A DNA stretch of 64,000 nucleotides, from positions 108,934,001 through 108,998,000 of the forward strand of contig NC_043003.1 of the NCBI RefSeq assembly GCF_006345805.1, written 5' to 3'. This document shows positions 55,286-64,000 of this stretch, one piece after another. The first letter of the stretch is position 1; each line of letters begins with the position of its first letter. The notes under the pieces are model-generated. The model had not been told where the DNA came from and searched no databases. It was given only the letters and a program-made list of their open reading frames with translations. The position numbers and the translations under genes are program-made. This DNA comes from Octopus sinensis (lineage: Eukaryota).

Positions 55286-56291
55286 ATTCCTCATCTCTTA
55301 AATATAGAACTGTATCAACATGTAAAGATATAGAGAGAATGTAGAGATGCTAATTATGAATATCAACAACATGGTTCAAGGTATGTGTGTTGCATACTCA
55401 ATGTAAATACTGTTATAGTACACACCTTATTTTACTTAGGGTATTGAGTCATACGAGAGTCAAGCGTCTTGTGTATAGTCACAATGAAATACTTGCAGGA
55501 GACAAGAAATGACATACGGATCTCAGCTTTTGTATTCTCATTAACACTTTGATACCAATCCACTATCTAGCACTGTCTTTGCTTTTATGACATGACCTTC
55601 TTGCTTTAAAGTGATCTGAATTTAAACTTCCTACCAAATTTTCATGTAAAATCCATGTTCTAAACATTGGCTGAATAATTGCAAAGCTATTTTACTAAAT
55701 TCTTCATAATTTTCAACACTAACTGTACTGAAGGCAATGTATTTCATTATGAACATGGAAATGGTTAATTAAAAGGTTTTTACCATTTATATTACTGTAT
55801 TTCTGTTGAAATACATTGCCTTTGTTTCAAATGATGAGGATGATGATCATCATCATTTAGCATCTGTTGTCCATGCTGGTATGGGTTGGAGGGTTTGACC
55901 AGGGCTGGTAAGCTGAGGGGCTGCACCAGACTCCAGTTTGCTTTGGCATGGCTTCTACAACTGGATGCCCTTCCTAATGCCAACCACTCTGAGAGTATAA
56001 TGGGTGATTTTATGTGCTAGTTCCATGACACTAGTATCTGCCATGACTATTATTTCACTTGGCTTGACAGGTCTTCTCAAGTACAGCATATCACCAAAGG
56101 TCTCAGTCATTTGTCATTGCTTCTGTGAGGCCTAACGCTTGAAAGGTGCTTTTTTATGAGCCACCAGCACTAGTTACGTGACACCAGCATTAGCTACATC
56201 ACCTCCAGTGAGGCCTGACGCTTGAAAGGTGCTTTTTAATGAGCCACCAGCACGGGTGCCAGTTACGTGACGCCAACAACAGCCACAACTA

Positions 56292-56845
56292 TTGGGTTGT
56301 CCGGAAAGTTCATGCCAATTTATAGTAGCTTACCTTTCGACTTATTTTAGAACATGGTTGAGTCCATAAAACAGGATTTGACTACACCTCCATTTAGAGC
56401 ACAATTTAAGCTATCTTTTCGTGGAAGAAGGTTTATGTTCCTATAAACTGTGTTAATTCTGTAACCCTTTAAAATAGAAGATAAGAAACTTCATTTTCGG
56501 CACTTGATGCTTTGGGAACCAGACAAAAATTGCTGCAGCTCGGCTGGGATGTGATACCCCACCCTCCATATTCACCAGATATTGCTCCTTTGGATTTCCA
56601 TTTATTCAGGTCTCTGCAGAATAGTCTTAATGGTAAAAATTTCAATTCTTTGGATGACGTAAAAAGATACCCTGATGAATTCTTTGCCATGAAACCACCA
56701 CAATTCTGGGAAGAGGGTATTTTCAAGTTAAAGGAAAGATGGAGACGCATTGTGCAACAAAATGGTTCATATTTGGTTGATTAAAAATGTAATGGCAAGT
56801 ATTTATTAACCTTTTTCTTTCGTTTAAAAATCGGCACGAACTTTC
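56292..56845 (+). mobile_element. Internally deleted mariner (mellifera-like)
   Basis: TA then left TIR TTGGGTTGTCCGGAAAGTTCATGCCAATTT; partial right TIR AAATCGGCACGAACTTTC. N-terminal EDKKLHFRHLMLWE is joined to C-terminal GWDVIPHPPYSPDIAPLDFHLFRSLQN..ERWRRIVQQNGSY. Confidence 0.9.
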
Positions 56846-57243
56846 AATGAAGAACATCGTAAAATAACCTGATCCTTGATAAGCTGGTGTTTGCAATATA
56901 ATTCAACATTTATCATTAGTGACAGAAGCAGCAATTAGTTCAAAATAGTATTCTCTATATCACACTTAGATATACCATGGGAAGCCTTGAAACTGCAATA
57001 TATGTCTCAAAAAATCATTTCATATAGGTGTAAATTCTTAAAAAAAGTGTGGAAAAGATCAGTAGCATAGGTGCAGTTGTGTGGTAAGAAGCCTGCTTCT
57101 CAACCACATGGTTCTGAGTTCTGTCCCATTTGTGGTACCTTGGGCAAATGTCTTTTACTATAGCCTTGGGCTAACCAAAGCCTTGTGAGTAGATCTGATA
57201 GGCGGAAATTGAAATAAACCCATCATATATATATATATATGTA

Positions 57244-57284
<41 letters not shown>

Positions 57285-57288
<4 letters not shown>

Positions 57289-57580
57289 AGGTGCAATGGC
57301 TCAGTGGTTAGGGCAGCGGACTCGGGGTCGTAGGATCGAGGTTTCGATTTTCAGACTGGACGTTGTGAGTCTTTATTGAGCGAAAACACCTAAAAGCTCC
57401 ACGAGGCTCCGGCAGGGGGTGGTGATCCCTTCTGTACTCTTTCACCACTCTTTCTCCCACTCTTTCTTCTGTTGGCCTGCTCGCTTAGCCAGCGGGGTGG
57501 CGTCATTCGAAGGCTAAAACAATGCGAGCGCATTGTGACCAGCGATGTGTAGCAACATTTGATGGTCTGGTCAGTCACGT
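57285..57580 (+). mobile_element. tRNA-derived SINE family D
   Basis: TGGCTCAGTGGTTAGGGCAGCGGACTC..GGTTTCGATT head, non-tRNA body, ends in (TA)n. Confidence 0.7.
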
Positions 57581-57664
57581 GATATATATATATATATATA
57601 TATAAACCAGCTTAGAGAAGAAGAAGAAACGAAACGAAACCAAACCAAACGAATCGAATCGAAT

Positions 57665-58094
57665 TCTTTACTCTTTTATTTGTTTCAGTCATTTGACTGT
57701 GGCCATGCTGGAGCACTGCCTTTATCTGAAGAAATCGACCCCAGTACATATTCTTTGTAAGCCTAGTACTTATTCTACCAGTCTCTTTTGCCGAACCGCT
57801 AAGTTACAGGGACATAAACACACCACTGTCGGCTATCAATCGATTTTTGGGTGACAAACACAGACACACAAACATATATACACACATGCAAACACACACA
57901 CACACACATATATATATATATGCACATATATATGACAGGCTTCTTTCAGTTTCCGTCTGCCAAATCCACTCGCAAAGCTTTGGTCGGCCCGAGGCTATAG
58001 TAGAAGACACTTGCCCAAGGTAACATGCAGAGGGACTGAATCTGGAATGATGTGGTTGGTAAGCAAGCTACTTACCCACAGCCACTTCTGCGCC
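57665..58094 (-). mobile_element. SINE family A, full length
   Basis: Reverse complement of the family consensus seen in this window. Confidence 0.9.
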
Positions 58095-58113
58095 TATATA
58101 TATATATATATAC

Positions 58114-58175
<62 letters not shown>

Positions 58176-58278
58176 GCATACATACACACATAAATATACA
58201 TACGTACATATATATACATATATACACATGCACATATATACATATGTACATACATACATACATCCACGCACATACATA

Positions 58279-59881
58279 CAGAGGGGCCTGTAAGTCTCTA
58301 CCCGTACATATGTTATATTCAGTTATGCCTGCATTATAATTTTTTCCTTTTTTCATGTCCCAACATTGGTTTATACTGAAACTCAAAGAACTTGGAATCA
58401 GGGAGGAGATTTGGTTTCAACAAGATGGAGCTCTGGCTCATTATGTCCTCACTGTGCAAGATTATCTTAATGACACTTTTCCAGACAAATGGATAGGTTG
58501 TGGTTCAGTAACATCCCTGGTGTCCACGAAATGGCACACAAGCAGTCCGGACTTGACAACATGTGATAACTCTTTTTGGCAATGCATAAAGGAAATTGTA
58601 TCTAAACAATGTTATACGAGGGACGTTCAATAAGTAATGCCTCTGACCCACTTGCAGTTGTTTGATCTAGCTGAAATTTTGCATGTGCAATCATTTATAT
58701 CTCTATAGAGTAAGTGGCAAATTACAGCTCTGTGGAAACAGCTCCCAGATCTGGTTGCCCCCTTCTGCCGTTGATGAGGCATCTGTCCGTCAAGTTGAGG
58801 CTGCCATTTTGGAAGATCGACGCATAACTATTCGCCAAATAGCCCATGAGGTCAAGATTAGTACCGGGTCTGTGGAAACTATCATTCATGACCATTTGCA
58901 TATGCAAAAGGTGTCTGCCAGATGGATTCCCAGGTTGCTCACGCCTTTCCAGAAGCAAGAACGCGTCGAGTGCTCGAGGGTGAATTTGGAGATGTGCCAA
59001 GAAGATGAGTCAAAATTTTTCAAAAGACTGATTACACAGGATAAAACCTGGGTCCATCACGATGATCCAGAGACCAAAGCCCAGTCAATGCAGTGGAAGC
59101 ACCGTGACTCACCCACTCCAAAGAAGGCAAGGGTGCAGCCCTCCGCTGGCAAGGTCATGCTCACAGTCTTCTGGGACCAGGACGGAGTAGTGATGACAGA
59201 TTTCCTGGCAAAGGGTACCACAATTGCAGGAGCCTATTATGCTTCACTTTTGAGGAAATTAAGAGAAGTTATCAAAATCAAGAGGCGGGACAAGATCAGC
59301 AAAGGCATCCTCCTCCTGCAGGACAACGCTCCGGTCCACAACTCGCGTGTCACCAGATCAGAAGCACAGGCGAACGGCTATGAACTCCTCCCCCTCCCCC
59401 CTACTTTCCTGACCTTGCACCCTCTGATTTTCACCTCTTCCCAATCATGAAGTTATTTTTGAAAGGAAAGCGTTTCCCAGATGATGCAGCCTTGATTTCT
59501 GAAGTCACGTTCAGGTTGGAGGACCAAGCTGGGGTCTTCTACAAAAACGGTCTCCAGAGCCGCATCAAACGATGGGAGAAATGCGTAACTCTGGGTGGTT
59601 CCTATGTAGAAAAAGACTAATAACTGTGCCAAGTTTCGTTGCTCTACTGCTATGGGAAGTGGGTCAGGGGCATTACTTATTGAACGCCCCTCGTAATTCC
59701 AATGATGAATTTAAGGCAGCTGTTAACCTCAGCATTTGGAACAATTATCCCTGCTATGTAGAGGGAAATGTCTCATAGAGCATGGCACCGCATAATATTA
59801 TGCAGTGAGAATGAGGGACAACACACAGATACACTGGATACATAAAATGTATATATGGGTAGGGACTTACGGGCCACCCTG
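58279..59881 (+). mobile_element. Outer deleted Tc1/mariner element (rosa/DD41D-like), split by a mariner
   Basis: 32-bp TIRs (26/32 match) with TA flanks. Transposase C-terminus WFQQDGALAH..WIGCG..SPDLTTCDNSFW..KEIV at 58355-58616 resumes at 59696 (NSNDEFKAAV). Confidence 0.85.
58617..59693 (+). mobile_element. Inner mariner transposon (irritans-like), 1077 bp, non-functional transposase
   Basis: 37-bp TIRs with 2 mismatches (CGAGGG(A/G)CGTTCAATAAGTAATGCC..); TA duplicated at 58615-16 and 59694-95. ORF shows WIPRLL, TQDKTW and LLQDNAPVH; a frameshift at PPP hides YSPDLAPSDF; the first HTH region appears deleted. Confidence 0.95.
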
Positions 59882-60359
59882 TACATACATACGTACATAT
59901 GTACACACACACACATACATACATACATGCATTTAATTCATTCATTCATGACGTTTAGTTTTATATCCTCTACTCCCCGGGAATTCAGTCAACCAAATGC
60001 ACTGCCTCAGCCTGTCACCGTTACCCATGCTTCCCAATTTGAAGAAAAACATTATACAAATACGTAAATAGAATAAATTTAAAAATATAAACCCACATAC
60101 CTATAGAACAAGCCTGCTATAGAATACATTCCTATATAAATAAACGAACATCATGCCATCAAAATGTTAGGAGAGTAGTACATATAGTAATTATTGGGGG
60201 AAAAGGAAAAGGAGGACAAATGGTCGGTAGGAGTGGTTTTCACATTTATCGGTGAATCATGCACGTATTCAGGTATGAAATTTATAAAGAAGAATGTTGA
60301 CAGAGCAATAGTAAATTTTATGCTGTTGTTGATGTTGTAGGTGGTGAGGGTCAAGTTAC

Positions 60360-60435
60360 CACTGATTGGGGAAACCTATAATCAAACTGATCAAAGGCAT
60401 TTCCAGTTTTAGCCATTGTATCTTTTTATTGGTGT
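60360..60435 (-). other. Candidate start-codon exon (MAKTGNAFDQFDYRFPQSV), unverified
   Basis: cctag| acceptor, ACAATGG context (ATG at 60416), 19 open codons, |gtaact donor. No homology recognised. Confidence 0.15.
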
Positions 60436-60935
60436 CTAGGATTAACACAATATGCAATATCCTCAAAGAGAATTTTTGTTTAATTCCGTGTGATAATATT
60501 CCGTGTGGTAAGAAGTTTGTTTTCCAACTGCCCCGTGTCATCTTGGGCGAGTATCTTCTACCACAGCCTCACGCTGACCAAAGCCATGTGGATAGATTTG
60601 GTACACAGAAACTGAATGAGGTTACAGGCCAATAGCTATTAGGGTCTGAAGCTAAGCGTTTTATCGACATGAAACCCAGAGTAACCCCACAGACTGGCTA
60701 TAACTATCTGTATATATATATACATATACAGACACAAAGACACGCACACACATAAATACATACATATATGTATGACAGGCTTCTTTCAGTTTCTGTCTAC
60801 CAAATCCACTCACAAGGCTATAGTAGAATCCACTTGCACAAAGTGCCATGCTGTGGGACTGAACCCAGAACCGTGTGGTTGGAAGCAAGCTTCTTACCAC
60901 ACAGCCATGCCTGCACCCGTCCGTCCGTCCGTCCG

Positions 60936-60979
<44 letters not shown>

Positions 60980-61001
60980 CACACACAATCGCCATCTATA
61001 C

Positions 61002-61240
61002 CTTTAAAGTAGTATCTCTGTTAAATGTGATTCGAAAACAGGCATTTTTAAGGAAGTTAAGTAGCAACAGAATCAGAATCTGGGGTGCGAAACGAGTTAT
61101 GCAGAAATTATTACGACTTTTATCACGAAGTAACGCAAGCAAAGCGAATCGCAAACTCATTTCAACAGGTGGTCGGAGGGATAAGATAGGTCGATGGGAA
61201 AATGTCATTTTCTACAATTGCGGGTAGCTCGTACCCCGTA
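61002..61240. promoter_or_regulatory. CpG-rich non-repetitive patch at the edge of the CpG-poor domain; possible promoter/first exon on the minus strand
   Basis: Dense CG dinucleotides in otherwise unique sequence; minus-strand AAG|GTATAG donor at 61002/61001. Confidence 0.25.
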
Positions 61241-62928
61241 CCTTTTGAAAGTGGGTAGACGGAAACTATTTAGAAGCTCGTCAGGTGAATTGTGTCTCTA
61301 ATGCAAAAGGTAATGCTCAGCTATTAGCAGGTTAATTCAGTTGATCGAACAAGGGAATCCTCATCGTCGAACGACGAAGATCCATCACTACATCGAAGTA
61401 AATTTTTAAAATATTTTCTTCTCTGATGTAAATATAGCTTTCAATAATTGCTAATGTTAGTTTCAAATTTTGGCACAAGGCCAGCAAGTTCGGGGGAGAG
61501 GATAAGTCCAGTGGTCAATTGGTACTTATTTTATCGACCCCGAAAGGATGAAATGATGAGAGGCAAAGTCGACCTCGACATCATTTGAACTCAGAACGTA
61601 AAGTCGGGACAGATGCCGTTAAGTATTTTATCCGGTGCAGTAAAGATCCTGCCAGCTCGCTAATATTGAAAATAATTTCTATGTGAATTCAATAACATTC
61701 TTAAAGAATGACTGTAAAACTCCTTTTCTTTTTTATAGCTAATAAGAGGCCACCTCATATGGCTCTTCTTATATTACAGCCTTGTCACCTACCTTGAAGG
61801 AGGCGCAAAGGTTAGTTGTGAGCGTAGGCGGTTGAAGTGAGTGACAGTTAAATATATATATATATGTATATACACCATACCTGTCCCATGTTATAAAGCA
61901 CAAGCATAAAAAAACAGTCTTAAACAAAATAGAATAAAGCAGTAAATATTTGTAGCCGAGGACAATGACTAAGAAATAAGATAAAGAATGTAGATAGTGA
62001 CTGTGAGGAAGTGGGAAAAGAAAGGACTAGCTTATAGTATTTACCTTTTTAAAAAGCTTGCGTAGTTGGAATTCAATTGTGGGTCGATAACCAGTATTTT
62101 TGAATTTGAAAATAACCTAATTAAATAATCTACCTATTACTATTCTTCCTCTGTTCTGTATTATATAGCCATAAATAAACTGGGTGAAACTATATGCTCG
62201 ATCAAGACTGACTGGGGGGGGGGGGGGCTAAACAATACCTTGTCCAAGTGGCATAACGAGAGAGAGCATTTATGTTGTCGCCTGACATGCTAGAAATAAG
62301 AGTATAATCTGCAGATTACCCCCACCCAACAATCTTTTGAAGAAATAAAGAAAAAAAAAGTGAAACAGGTTGTTTTATGTAATTTTAAGTAAACTGTGTC
62401 CAGAGAGAAAAAGTGATGATTAAGTCTGGAAAGTCTTCGAACACGGTTCTGTTTCATTGGGGCTGACTTGGAGCTAAATTAGAACTTGAGTTGTAAGCAA
62501 GCAACAGATCATTCCATCTTTGGAGAAATCCAATTCCTTACTATATTCTCCTCAAATCTAAATAGAAGAGAAATTATCTCTCTGTGTATGTGTTCATCCT
62601 AGGGTGTAGGACCTCATCTTTGGACAAATGACCCCTACTGCAAAAAGAAAGAAAAAAAAACAACGAAATAATCAAAATCCTTAGAAAGACAAAGCTTAAA
62701 TCTCTCGGAGTAATCAGAAGTCTTTTGTTCGTCAATTTCCGTAAAACTTTTTTATTTCTTAGATTTTTTGTCAGCTGAATCGCTTATATTTATGTAGTTT
62801 GTCTATGTATGTGTCTATGTGTATTTGTGTACATATGTTTCCGTACTTACGGTTAGGATTTTAGGGTTAGGGTTTGTGTTGGGGGAAAAAAGTCAATATT
62901 GAAGAAGTTGGGGTGGGGGGAAATTTCA

Positions 62929-63295
62929 CAGGAGTGGCTGTGTAGTAAGTAGCTTGCTTACGAACCACATGGTCCCGGGTTCAGTCCCATTGCGTGACAC
63001 CTTGGGTCGACCAAAGCCTTGTGAGTGGATTTGAGAGACGGAAACTGAAAGAAGCCCGTCGTATATATATATATATATGTGTGTGTATATATGTTTGTGT
63101 GTCTGTGTTTGTCCCCCTAACATCGCTTGACAACCGATGCTGGTGTGTTTACGTCCCCGTAACTTAGCAGAAGTGACCGATAGAATAAGTATTAGGCTTA
63201 CAAAGAATAAGTCCTGGAGTAGATTTGCTCGACTAAAGGCGGTGCTCCATCATGGCCATTGTCAAATGACTGAAACAAGTAAAAGAGTAAAGAGT
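62929..63295 (+). mobile_element. SINE family A
   Basis: Head, body and tail as in other copies, with a short internal deletion. Confidence 0.85.
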
Positions 63296-64000
63296 AATGC
63301 CGATTTTTGGCAATTTTCCAGAACTTCCGTATCCGAAAACGGGGATTTTTGGCAAATAAAGATACAAAAATAAACAAATTTCGAAGGAAATGAGGAAGCG
63401 GACGGAAGTCTTTCCCATTTGTGTATTGCCGAAACAAATACTTTAAGTTTTGATATACTTTCTCGGAAAGATCGCCGGGTTGTGTCCTTTTTCACATTTT
63501 GAAAGGGTTTCATCGAAAGGGGCTTGTTGTATGGGTGTCTTGTAAACAATTTAAAAGACAAGTCAAAGAAGAACTCTTTCGGGGTGACGTGTTTCATTCG
63601 GTATGCTAGAAATAGCAGCTAAATCTCTCTCAAACTCACACCCTACTATTTTAAGTAAAGGACTCTCATTACACATCGTGTTACTACATACATCTAAGAA
63701 AAAATTTTTTTAAGAAGACGGGATGGGCATGGTTGAAAAGCTTTTTATCATAATCTGATCAACCAGGGTTGCCCAAAAGCTTCTCAATTCAAACGCAAAA
63801 TTTAACAAAATGATTTGCGGGGTCGAACGAGAGAATCTTTTACTGGTTAAAAGAATACCCTTAATGAAAGGGGGTACCATGAAAGGGATCGTCGGTTACA
63901 TTTGTTTTGAAGCATTTTTAACGAATGAATAGTTTAATATCCAAAGTTTCGATGACTAATATAGAAATTCGGAAATTCATAAAAAACCCCCAAAAAAAAA

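Noticed and set aside
1-64000. CRISPR arrays, rRNA, operons
   Set aside because: No regularly spaced repeat-spacer array, rRNA motif or prokaryote-like gene density; the sequence is eukaryotic.

Overview
AT-rich, microsatellite-dense eukaryotic DNA with one 100-N gap (42296-42395). The repeat landscape looks like an octopus/cephalopod genome; this is an inference from memory of such sequence, with no search run. I could not recognise any host protein-coding exon, and almost all ORF-track entries are translations of simple repeats or SINEs. Supported features: (i) dozens of SINE copies from several families; (ii) DNA transposon relics with inverted ends and target duplications, including a mariner nested in a rosa/DD41D-like Tc1-mariner element, a deleted mariner, a hAT/Charlie relic, hAT and Tc1-type MITEs, and a Merlin-like MITE family with perfect 8-bp TSDs; (iii) a 5'-truncated CR1-type LINE inside a minisatellite; (iv) a Penelope-like fragment. 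The most interesting signal is a set of fold-back elements whose arms carry minimal type I hammerhead-ribozyme motifs with palindromic stem III (19256-19410, 20323-20530, 14837-14909, 36823-37212), plus a head-to-head tRNA-headed SINE pair with a hammerhead-like tail (54822-55285). By eye, ~38-61 kb is CpG-poor between CpG-rich flanks, which may mark an unrecognised methylated gene body. SINE and simple-repeat boundaries are approximate.
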